Shown here: piece by piece, positions 57,188-64,000 of the stretch
Layout: each line of letters opens with the position of its first letter
How positions within the stretch are numbered: position 1 is the first letter of the stretch
Origin: Candidatus Parcubacteria bacterium
Lineage (GTDB): Bacteria; Patescibacteriota; Patescibacteriia; Patescibacteriales; UBA12075
Assembly: GCA_963814275.1 (NCBI GenBank)
Contig: CAWFCE010000001.1
Coordinates: forward strand, 131,307 to 195,306
Length of the DNA stretch: 64,000 nucleotides
Direction: 5' to 3'
Translations under genes and position numbers: made by a program
The notes under the pieces: model-generated
The model's database searches: none
The model's input: only the letters and a program-made list of their open reading frames with translations
What the model was told of the DNA's origin: nothing

Positions 57188-57673
57188 ATGGGAATATTCA
57201 GTAAAAAAAATACAGACCAGAAGCCAACGCCAGCCGCCGGCAAAAAAGCGCCGGCCAAGGAAAAGGCAGATAAGGCCGCATCGGCCAAGGCAAGCGCTCC
57301 GATGAAAAAGCTTTATCAGGACAGCGCGGTTAAGTCTCCGAAAGAAACAGGCTCGAAGAAAGCCGAGACTGTTGCCGTGAATAAACGGGGCAATGCTTAC
57401 CGGATCCTGGTAAAACCGCTGATTACGGAAAAAGCCGCCAATGTCGGAACGGAAAATAAATACGTGTTTGCGGTCCAGTCTGGCGCGAACAAGATCGAGA
57501 TTGCCAAAGCAATCAATGATGTATACGGGGTCAAGCCGACTGCCGTCAATGTTCTGTCTGTCGGCGGCAAAAAGGTTCGTTACGGGCGCCGTTTTGGACA
57601 ACGCAAGGATTGGAAGAAGGCGATCGTAACCCTGCCAGCCGGCAAAACCATAAACATCTACGAAGGAGTCTGA
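57188..57673 (+). CDS. rplW: 50S ribosomal protein L23 (with ~65-aa Lys/Ala-rich N-terminal extension if ATG 57188 is used)
   Basis: Core: YRILVKPLITEKA...KYVFAVQSGANKIEIAKAINDVYGVKP...KKAIVTL. An internal ATG at codon 39 is an alternative start. Confidence 0.9.
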   Translation: MGIFSKKNTDQKPTPAAGKKAPAKEKADKAASAKASAPMKKLYQDSAVKSPKETGSKKAETVAVNKRGNAYRILVKPLITEKAANVGTENKYVFAVQSGANKIEIAKAINDVYGVKPTAVNVLSVGGKKVRYGRRFGQRKDWKKAIVTLPAGKTINIYEGV

Positions 57674-57683
57674 TAATTTTCGT

Positions 57684-57787
57684 TTCTTCCACTCGGCTTC
57701 ACCTGCCTGCCGGCAGGCAGGGCCGAAGGTCCGTCAGGCTTCCACTTGGCTTCAGCCGAAGGTCCGCCAGGCTTTAGCCTGGTACAT
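57684..57787 (+). repeat. Family-2 repeat cluster, LE type, solo copy in the rplW-rplB spacer
   Basis: ttccactcggcttcacctgcctgccggcaggcagggccgaaggtccgtcaggcttccacttggcttcagccgaaggtccgccaggctttagcctggtacat. It closely resembles 2331-2431, differing at a handful of positions. Confidence 0.9.
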
Positions 57788-57866
57788 GTTGAAAACCCCC
57801 CGATTAAAGCCAAGAAGAAAGCACATGTGATGAATTGAATTAAAAATAGAAGAAATAATATATAAT

Positions 57867-58709
57867 ATGGGAGTGAAACAAGTAAAACCGAATACTGCCG
57901 CTTTAAGACAAGCTACGTTTGACGATTTTTCCGATATTACCAAAAGCAGCCCGGAGAAACGGCTGACTATCGCGAAAAAGCGTATCAGCGGGCGCAACGC
58001 GCAAGGCAAGATAACCGTCAGGCATCGCGGCGGCGGAGAGAAGCGCCGTATCCGTTTGGTCGATTTCAAGCGCGACAAATACGATATTCCCGCAGTGGTC
58101 GTTTCGATCGAATATGACCCGAACCGGGGAGCGCGTGTTGCTTTGTTGAATTACAAGGATGGTGAAAAGCGTTATATCATTGCACCGGTCGGTTTGGCTG
58201 TAAAGGATAGCGTGCTTAGCTCCAGGAAAAAAATCGATATCAAGCAGGGCAATACCATGCCGATTAAATACATACCGGCGGGAGTTGCCGTTTATAATGT
58301 CGAGATCGAACAGGGCCGCGGCGGCAGGGTCGCGCGCGGAGCCGGTAATGCCGTATATGTAATGGGCGTGGAAGGGAAAATGGCCCAGGTCAAAATGCCG
58401 TCAGGCGAGATCCGGCTGATCAAGAAAGAATGCCTGTGTACCGTCGGCCAGGTAAGCAACCCCGACAAAAGGCATATCACGCTGGGTAGCGCCGGACGGA
58501 TGCGCCATCTTGGTTTCCGCCCGACCGTACGCGGCACCGCTATGAATCCGATCGACCATCCGCATGGCGGCGGTGAAGGCAAACAATCGATCGGTATGAA
58601 ACATCCCAAAACACCTTGGGGCAAACCGGCGCTGGGAGTAAAAACCAGAAAGCTCAAAAAATCCAGCAACCGCCTGATCATTAAGCGGCGCGGCCGCAAA
58701 CGCCGGTAA
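57867..58709 (+). CDS. rplB: 50S ribosomal protein L2
   Basis: GRNAQGKITVRHRGGG, ALLNYKDGEKRYIIAP, and PTVRGTAMNPIDHPHGGGEG. Confidence 0.97.
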   Translation: MGVKQVKPNTAALRQATFDDFSDITKSSPEKRLTIAKKRISGRNAQGKITVRHRGGGEKRRIRLVDFKRDKYDIPAVVVSIEYDPNRGARVALLNYKDGEKRYIIAPVGLAVKDSVLSSRKKIDIKQGNTMPIKYIPAGVAVYNVEIEQGRGGRVARGAGNAVYVMGVEGKMAQVKMPSGEIRLIKKECLCTVGQVSNPDKRHITLGSAGRMRHLGFRPTVRGTAMNPIDHPHGGGEGKQSIGMKHPKTPWGKPALGVKTRKLKKSSNRLIIKRRGRKRR

Positions 58710-58779
58710 AGCCAATAATTTAAAATAACCATTTTAGAAAAGCGAAAACATCGATAACACTAATAAGTATTTAAATAAT

Positions 58780-59067
58780 ATGTCGAGAAGTCTTAAAAAA
58801 GGACCTTACGTAAACGAACGTCTGATCAAGAAGATAAAAGACCTGAAACCGGGTGATAAACGGGTGATAAATACCTGGGACCGTTCCTGCTCCATCACCC
58901 CTGAGATGGTTGGTTTTACTATCGGCGTCCATAACGGCAGAAAGCATTTACCCGTATATGTAGTGGAAAATATGGTCGGCCATAAGCTGGGCGAGTTTTC
59001 TCCTACCCGCAAATTCTTAGGCCACGGGGGCAAGATGGCCAAAGACCAGGCGAAATCAAGCAGCTAG
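58780..59067 (+). CDS. rpsS: 30S ribosomal protein S19
   Basis: [11 protein letters not shown]..., [25 protein letters not shown], and [11 protein letters not shown]. Confidence 0.97.
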   Translation: MSRSLKKGPYVNERLIKKIKDLKPGDKRVINTWDRSCSITPEMVGFTIGVHNGRKHLPVYVVENMVGHKLGEFSPTRKFLGHGGKMAKDQAKSSS

Positions 59068-59130
59068 TGAAGGATGCGCCAGGTGTGGCCAAGCCATAAT
59101 AATAGATCATAGATTTTAATATCGAGTACT

Positions 59131-59715
59131 ATGGAAGTAAAAGCCAATATAAAACATATCAGGATGTCGCCGCGAAAAGTTCGGTCGGTAGTGAACGTTA
59201 TCCGTGGGATGAAAACCGGGGAAGCGCTCGATCAGCTGAATTTTATCAATAAGCTGGCGGCTAAACCGATCATCAAGCTGATCAGCTCGGCGCAGGCAAA
59301 CGCGGAACATAATTTTGAATTGAAAAAGGATAATTTGTATATTAAGGAAATAACCGTTAACGAAGGGCCAACCCTGAAGCGCTGGCAGCCGCGCGCCCGC
59401 GGCCGGGCGACTCCGATCAGGAAACGGACCAGCCATATCGATCTGGTATTGGGTGAATTGGTCGAAAGCGGCAAGACCGGCCCCAAGAAACAGGCAGTGG
59501 CGGCGCCGGTCAAGCTGGATGAGCGGCCGAAGGAGGCGGAAGGGGTGAAAATCGCCGATAAGAAAGACAAAGAGAAAAGCGAAGCAGAAACAAGTGCCGA
59601 AAAAGGCAAAAAAATAGCCGATCCCAGAATGGAAGGACGCGGCCAGCATACGAAGATCGAAGGCAAAGGCCAAAAAGGCTTTATGGGCAAGATGTTCCGC
59701 CGCAAAAGCGGCTAA
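59131..59715 (+). CDS. rplV: 50S ribosomal protein L22 (with ~80-aa Lys/Glu-rich C-terminal extension)
   Basis: Core: RMSPRKVRSVVNVIRG...ANAEHN...VNEGPTLKRWQPRARGRATPIRKRTSHI. The extension runs from about nt 59467. Confidence 0.95.
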   Translation: MEVKANIKHIRMSPRKVRSVVNVIRGMKTGEALDQLNFINKLAAKPIIKLISSAQANAEHNFELKKDNLYIKEITVNEGPTLKRWQPRARGRATPIRKRTSHIDLVLGELVESGKTGPKKQAVAAPVKLDERPKEAEGVKIADKKDKEKSEAETSAEKGKKIADPRMEGRGQHTKIEGKGQKGFMGKMFRRKSG

Positions 59716-59749
59716 TCGATTTTTGCGGATTACCGGTTTTTATACATAA

Positions 59750-59823
59750 ATCGATTATCAGCGTTAAATCCGCGCCTGCCTGCCGGTAGGCAGGTGGCAA
59801 TAGGCGTAAAATCAGCGGTAAAG
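59750..59823 (+). repeat. Family-2b palindromic element in the rplV-rpsC spacer
   Basis: atcgattatcagcgttaaatccgcg, then cctgcctgccggtaggcagg (59775-59794), then tggcaataggcgtaaaatcagcggtaaag. Confidence 0.85.
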
Positions 59824-59894
59824 ACATTCTTAAGAGAACCAATATTTATTACGAAATAACGTATTACAAGACTAAGCGATAAATATTCAGATAT

Positions 59895-60587
59895 ATGGGA
59901 AAGAAAATAAATCCAAAAATATTCCGTATCAGCGTGACCAAACAATGGCCTTCGAAATGGTTCGATGAAGGCCAGGATTATGCGCGAAAAGTTGAACAGG
60001 ATGTCAGCACCCGGCGTTTTATCTTGCGTGAATTGCGCGAGGCCGGAGTCGATCGGGTGGAAATCGAGCGCAGCGCCAATAAGATCAGCGTCGGCGTTTA
60101 TACCGCCAAACCCGGACTGATCATCGGCCGGGGCGGAACCGGTGTCGATGAGCTGAAAAAGAAGATCCATGATAAATTCCTCAAGAATTACAAACCAGGC
60201 GACATAAATATAAATATTTACGAGGTAGACCGCCCGAATCTTAGCGCCCAGATAATCACCCAGTCGATGATATTGGATATTGAGAAAAGAATGCCTTTTC
60301 GCAGAGTAATGAAGCAGGCATTGTCCCGGATCGAAAGAGCAGGGGCCCTGGGAGCCAAAATCGTAGTCAGCGGACGCCTGAACGGGGCGGAAATCGCCCG
60401 CACCGAAATGCTGTCCAGCGGTAAGGTACCGCTTCACACCCTGCGCGCGGATATCGATTATGCCCGCGGCGCGGCGCGCACCACTTACGGGGCGATCGGT
60501 TTAAAAGCCTGGATATACAAGGGCGATAAATTCGTCAAGGAAACGGAACAGAAGGGGGAGGTAGTAGGTAAAAAACCGCGAAGATAA
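59895..60587 (+). CDS. rpsC: 30S ribosomal protein S3
   Basis: MGKKINPKIFR..., the KH domain IIGRGG, and GRLNGAEIARTE. Confidence 0.97.
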   Translation: MGKKINPKIFRISVTKQWPSKWFDEGQDYARKVEQDVSTRRFILRELREAGVDRVEIERSANKISVGVYTAKPGLIIGRGGTGVDELKKKIHDKFLKNYKPGDININIYEVDRPNLSAQIITQSMILDIEKRMPFRRVMKQALSRIERAGALGAKIVVSGRLNGAEIARTEMLSSGKVPLHTLRADIDYARGAARTTYGAIGLKAWIYKGDKFVKETEQKGEVVGKKPRR

Positions 60588-60612
60588 TTATCATTAGACA
60601 AACAGTTCACAT

Positions 60613-61017
60613 ATGTTAATGCCAAAGAAAACTAAATATCGCAAGTCCCACAAGGGTAACCGCGGCGGAAAGGCAACCCGCCGGATTGCCGTGAGCTACG
60701 GCAGTTATGGCCTCAAAACCATGGAACCCCATTGGGTGACTTCCCGCCAGATCGAGGCCGCCCGCCGGGTAATGACCCGCTACACCAAGCGCGGCGGAAA
60801 AGTCTGGATCAGGATTTTCCCGGATAAGCCGGTAACGAAGAAGGGCGGAGAAATCCCGATGGGCAAAGGCAAGGGCGCGGTCGATCATTATGTCGCGGTG
60901 GTAAAGCCGGGGATGGTAATGTTCGAAATGGACGGCATTACCGTGGAGATGGCCAAGAAGGCAATGGAATCGGCTGCCCAGAAGCTCCCGGTCAAATGCA
61001 AATTTGTCGTAAGATAA
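60613..61017 (+). CDS. rplP: 50S ribosomal protein L16
   Basis: [29 protein letters not shown], and [15 protein letters not shown]. The start is ATG 60613 or 60619. Confidence 0.97.
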   Translation: MLMPKKTKYRKSHKGNRGGKATRRIAVSYGSYGLKTMEPHWVTSRQIEAARRVMTRYTKRGGKVWIRIFPDKPVTKKGGEIPMGKGKGAVDHYVAVVKPGMVMFEMDGITVEMAKKAMESAAQKLPVKCKFVVR

Positions 61018-61038
61018 TATTATTTTATAATCATATAT

Positions 61039-61302
61039 ATGGAGTTAAAGGAATTAAAAAAGAAGAATAAGGGTGAGTTGCATAAGATCCTGTCGGAAAC
61101 ACGGGAGAAGCTGCGCGACCTGCGGTTCAAAGACGCGAATAAGCAGCTTAAAGATATTCGCCAGATTCGCGGCGTGCGGAGAACTATCGCCCAGGTTTTG
61201 ACTTTGCTCAATACCGGAGACTCCAAGGAAGCGGACAAGACGGCAGGAGGCGCCCAGGCAGAGGTTAATTCCGAAACTGCGGGAGATGCCGCTAAATCAT
61301 AA
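61039..61302 (+). CDS. rpmC: 50S ribosomal protein L29 (with ~25-30-aa C-terminal extension)
   Basis: ELKELKKKNKGELHKILSETREKLRDLRFK...IRGVRRTIAQVLT, then an acidic/Ala-rich tail. Confidence 0.9.
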   Translation: MELKELKKKNKGELHKILSETREKLRDLRFKDANKQLKDIRQIRGVRRTIAQVLTLLNTGDSKEADKTAGGAQAEVNSETAGDAAKS

Positions 61303-61321
61303 TTTTAGCATTTAAATACAT

Positions 61322-61603
61322 ATGGCTGAAAAAACAATAGTACAAGAAAAATCATCGCCCGAACCCCAAACCATTATCAAGAAAAAGTTCAAAGGAGTGG
61401 TCGTAGGCGATAAGATGGACAAAACGATCGTAGTCCGCATTGACCGGGTGAAGCGACATCCCAAGTATAATAAGCGCTATACGGTCAGCCGGAACTATAA
61501 GGTCCATGACGAAAAGAACCAATTCCACGAAGGCGACCAGGTTCAGTTCATCGAATGCCGGCCGTTGTCCAAGGACAAGCGCTGGCGGGTGATTTACAGC
61601 TAA
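61322..61603 (+). CDS. rpsQ: 30S ribosomal protein S17
   Basis: KKKFKGVVVGDKMDKTIVVRIDRVKRHPKYNKRY...YKVHDEKNQFHEGDQVQFIECRPLSKDKRW. Confidence 0.96.
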   Translation: MAEKTIVQEKSSPEPQTIIKKKFKGVVVGDKMDKTIVVRIDRVKRHPKYNKRYTVSRNYKVHDEKNQFHEGDQVQFIECRPLSKDKRWRVIYS

Positions 61604-61703
61604 AAGTTTATAAAATTCATAAAGTAAAAAGTTTCTAAAGCAGTAAGCAGCGGTGTAGCAGGCGACTTTATAAACTTTCAACTTTATAAACTTATTACTT
61701 AAT

Positions 61704-62075
61704 ATGATACAGGTACAGACAAAATTGAAAGTCGCGGATAATTCCGGCGCGCGCATCGTAATGTGCATTAAAGTGCTGGGCGGTTACAAAAAGCGCTATT
61801 GCCGCATTGGCGAAGTATTTACCGCCGCGGTCAAAGACGCGACCCCGCATACGGCGATCAAAAAAGGCGATGTGGTGCATTGCGTCCTGGTCCGGACGAA
61901 AAAAGAGATCAGACGGGACGATGGGACCTATCTTCGCTTTGACGAAAACGCCTGCGTGGTCCTGGATAAGGAAAAAAAGGAGCCCCGCGGCACCCGCATC
62001 TTCGGACCGATCGCCCGCGAAGTACGCCGCCAGGGATATTTCAAGATCGCATCGCTCGCCCCGGAGGTCCTGTAA
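61704..62075 (+). CDS. rplN: 50S ribosomal protein L14
   Basis: [26 protein letters not shown]...RFDENACVV...[13 protein letters not shown]...IASLAPEVL. Confidence 0.98.
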   Translation: MIQVQTKLKVADNSGARIVMCIKVLGGYKKRYCRIGEVFTAAVKDATPHTAIKKGDVVHCVLVRTKKEIRRDDGTYLRFDENACVVLDKEKKEPRGTRIFGPIAREVRRQGYFKIASLAPEVL

Positions 62076-62111
62076 ATTTCAAATTATATCGTTATATAAA
62101 TTCGTAATCAT

Positions 62112-62438
62112 ATGAATATAAAAAAGGGAGACAAAGTAAAGATATTGGCCGGCAAGGATAACGGCAAAACGGGCAAAGTGCTGCAGGTTTTTTCGACGCG
62201 CCGCAAGGCGAGCATCGAAGGCTTGAACCTGCTGATCAAGCATATGCGACCGCGCCGGCAAGGGGAAAAAGGGCAACGGATAGAATTTCCCGCGCCGATG
62301 GATGTCTCCAATATGATCCTGGTTTGCCCCAAATGCGGGAAACCGTCGCGGACCAGGCACAAAACCGTAAAGTCGGAGAAGACCGGTAAGCAGAAAAAAT
62401 ACCGGGTGTGCGTCAAATGTAAACAAACGATTGATTAG
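62112..62438 (+). CDS. rplX: 50S ribosomal protein L24 (C-terminal CxxC...CxxC variant)
   Basis: KOW motif IKKGDKVKILAGKDNGKTGKV. The C-terminus contains CPKCG and CVKC. Confidence 0.93.
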   Translation: MNIKKGDKVKILAGKDNGKTGKVLQVFSTRRKASIEGLNLLIKHMRPRRQGEKGQRIEFPAPMDVSNMILVCPKCGKPSRTRHKTVKSEKTGKQKKYRVCVKCKQTID

Positions 62439-62540
62439 GCAATAGGCATTTAGGCAATAGGCAGTAGGCTGTAGGGCAAAGACATTGCTTTCCGCCTACC
62501 AACCTACCCGCCTACCAACCTACCCGCCTACCAACCTAGT
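62436..62540 (+). repeat. Spacer repeat: taggc-rich arm (62436-62478) facing three tandem 16-bp units cgcctaccaacctacc (62493-62539)
   Basis: Units at 62493-62508, 62509-62524 and 62525-62539. The left arm is an imperfect complement (gtagg/cctac pairings). Confidence 0.85.
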
Positions 62541-62542
62541 AT

Positions 62543-63088
62543 ATGAGACTACAAGAACAATACAAAAAGAAGATAATGCCGGAACTGAGGAAGCAGTTCG
62601 GCTTCAAGAACGATTTCGAGGTGCCGATACTCAAGAAAGCGGTGGTTAATGTCGGATTCGGACGGCACTATAAGGAAAAACAATATATCGATTCCGTTGT
62701 TTTGGGATTGACCCGCATAACCGGACAAAAGCCGATCCTGACCAAGGCGAAAAAGGCCATATCGGCGTTTAAGATCAGGGAAGGGATGATAATCGGCGCG
62801 ACGGTTACGCTGCGCGGGAAACGGATGTATGATTTTATCGAAAAGTTGATAAATATAACCTTCCCCCGGGTGCGCGATTTCCGCGGCATTAGCGATAAGG
62901 GTATCGACCGGAATGGCAACATCACCATTGGTTTTCACGAGTATTTGCCGTTCCCGGAGATCAAGGCGGACGAAGTGGAGAATGTATTCGGCCTGGAGAT
63001 CTGCCTGCACACATCCGCCCGGAACAGGGAAGAGGGATTGGCAATGCTGACTTTGCTGGGTTTACCATTTAAAAAAGATAACAAATAG
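62543..63088 (+). CDS. rplE: 50S ribosomal protein L5
   Basis: RLQEQYKKKIMPELRKQFGFKN..., ITGQKP, FKIREGM.IGATVTLRG..MY.F..KL, and PRVRDFRG. Confidence 0.97.
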   Translation: MRLQEQYKKKIMPELRKQFGFKNDFEVPILKKAVVNVGFGRHYKEKQYIDSVVLGLTRITGQKPILTKAKKAISAFKIREGMIIGATVTLRGKRMYDFIEKLINITFPRVRDFRGISDKGIDRNGNITIGFHEYLPFPEIKADEVENVFGLEICLHTSARNREEGLAMLTLLGLPFKKDNK

Positions 63089-63097
63089 CATAAAAAC

Positions 63098-63283
63098 ATG
63101 GCTAGAAAAGCAATGATCGCGAAAGCGAAAAGAACACCGAAGTTTTCCACGCGGAAGATCCGCCGTTGTTGGCGCTGCGGCCGTATTCACGGCTATATGC
63201 GCGACTTCGATCTGTGCCGGATTTGCTTTCGGGAATTGGCGGAAAATGGCGATTTACCGGGGGTAACACGATCATCCTGGTAG
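63098..63283 (+). CDS. rpsN: 30S ribosomal protein S14, short zinc-binding (type Z) form
   Basis: 61 aa with [23 protein letters not shown] (CxxC...CxxC) and a C-terminal W. Confidence 0.95.
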   Translation: MARKAMIAKAKRTPKFSTRKIRRCWRCGRIHGYMRDFDLCRICFRELAENGDLPGVTRSSW

Positions 63284-63384
63284 ATCAGTATAATTTTACG
63301 TATAAATCGTTAATAATTTCAGTTCATAAACCGCTGTTAATAATAATTCAATAATTTTATTGACACATAATTTATTTGACACGT

Positions 63385-63798
63385 ATGACAGATCCAATTG
63401 CTGACATGCTAACAAGAATACGCAACGCCTCCCTGGTGAAGAAACATGAGGTGCTTTTGCCGATGAGTAAAGTGAAATACGAAATTGCCAAATTAATGAA
63501 GCAAGAGGGGCTGATCCTGGACGTCGAAGTACTCAAAAATCCCGGCAAAAAGAACAATAGCTCCGTTTTTGACGAACTGAAGCTGGTTTTAAAGTATAAA
63601 AAAAGCGGCCGCTCTTATATTAATAATCTGAAGCGCATCAGCAAGCCCGGCTTGCGGGTTTATGCGAAGAGCGACAAATTGCCGCGGGTATTGAATAATC
63701 TGGGGATTGCCATAATTTCCACCCCGGAAGGGCTGATGACGAATAAAATGGCCAGGAAAAAGGGCTTGGGCGGGGAAATCATCTGCGAAATATACTAG
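63385..63798 (+). CDS. rpsH: 30S ribosomal protein S8
   Basis: [15 protein letters not shown]..., [21 protein letters not shown], and [14 protein letters not shown] 63385 is preferred over the TTG at 63376. Confidence 0.97.
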   Translation: MTDPIADMLTRIRNASLVKKHEVLLPMSKVKYEIAKLMKQEGLILDVEVLKNPGKKNNSSVFDELKLVLKYKKSGRSYINNLKRISKPGLRVYAKSDKLPRVLNNLGIAIISTPEGLMTNKMARKKGLGGEIICEIY

Positions 63799-63850
63799 TT
63801 TAAATTTATTTATAAGTAGAATATTTTCGTTCGACACGTATAATCACACA

Positions 63851-63914
63851 ATAATTATCCGCGTTGAATCCGCGCCTGCCGGCAGGCAGTAATCTGCGTT
63901 AAATCGGCGGTTAA
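63851..63914 (+). repeat. Family-2b palindromic element (short palindrome variant) in the rpsH-rplF spacer
   Basis: ataattatccgcgttgaatccgcg, then cctgccggcagg (63875-63886), then cagtaatctgcgttaaatcggcggttaag. Confidence 0.8.
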
Positions 63915-63985
63915 GCTGTGGTTAAATAAATAAACTTAAATAACGAAAGTAGCAGACAAGAGATTGTTCTCATGTCAGAATACAT

Positions 63986-64000
63986 ATGTCACGATTAGGA
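63986..64000 (+). CDS. rplF: 50S ribosomal protein L6, first five codons only (continues beyond the window)
   Basis: ATG TCA CGA TTA GGA gives MSRLG, the usual L6 start, in the expected position after rpsH. Confidence 0.6.

Noticed and set aside
48511-64000. Possible alternative genetic code (UGA recoding), as in some candidate-phylum bacteria.
   Set aside because: TGA terminates conserved genes at the expected length (for example rpsJ, rplW and the pair-2 permeases) and RF2 is encoded. The standard code 11 therefore fits.

Overview
This 64-kb window looks like a small-genome, probably Patescibacteria/CPR-like bacterium; that placement is inferred from gene content only. It uses the standard genetic code, since TGA terminates conserved genes such as rpsJ and rplW. 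The right third (48.5-64 kb) is the str/S10/spc ribosomal-protein cluster in canonical order: rpsL, rpsG, fusA, tuf, rpsJ, rplC, rplD, rplW, rplB, rpsS, rplV, rpsC, rplP, rpmC, rpsQ, rplN, rplX, rplE, rpsN, rpsH and the start of rplF. It differs from the usual cluster in three ways. The spacers are unusually long, extra genes are wedged in, and several ribosomal proteins carry low-complexity extensions. The left part (0.6-8.6 kb) is an ABC-2 type transporter locus with six permease genes and one ATPase gene. Within it, a 2,556-bp unit (a RAYT-like HUH gene plus a permease pair) is tandemly duplicated between clusters of palindromic repeats. The middle holds prfB, a canonical RAYT, comEC, tRNA-Pro(GGG), two histidine kinases, a receiver protein, an ECF sigma factor, ftsK, a CPA2 antiporter, a MATE exporter, msrB, a macro-domain protein, rpmB (absent from the ORF track) and many secreted or orphan proteins. 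The most interesting content is three families of structured repeats. (1) A GTAG-headed REP doublet family is tied to the canonical RAYT and has one 93-nt copy in frame inside that RAYT gene. (2) A CCTGCCTGCCGGCAGGCAGG-centred family brackets a second, divergent RAYT-like gene and also sits in ribosomal-operon spacers. (3) A TIR-bounded element of about 150-165 nt is present in two copies. All product names come from motif recognition in the translations; no database search was run.
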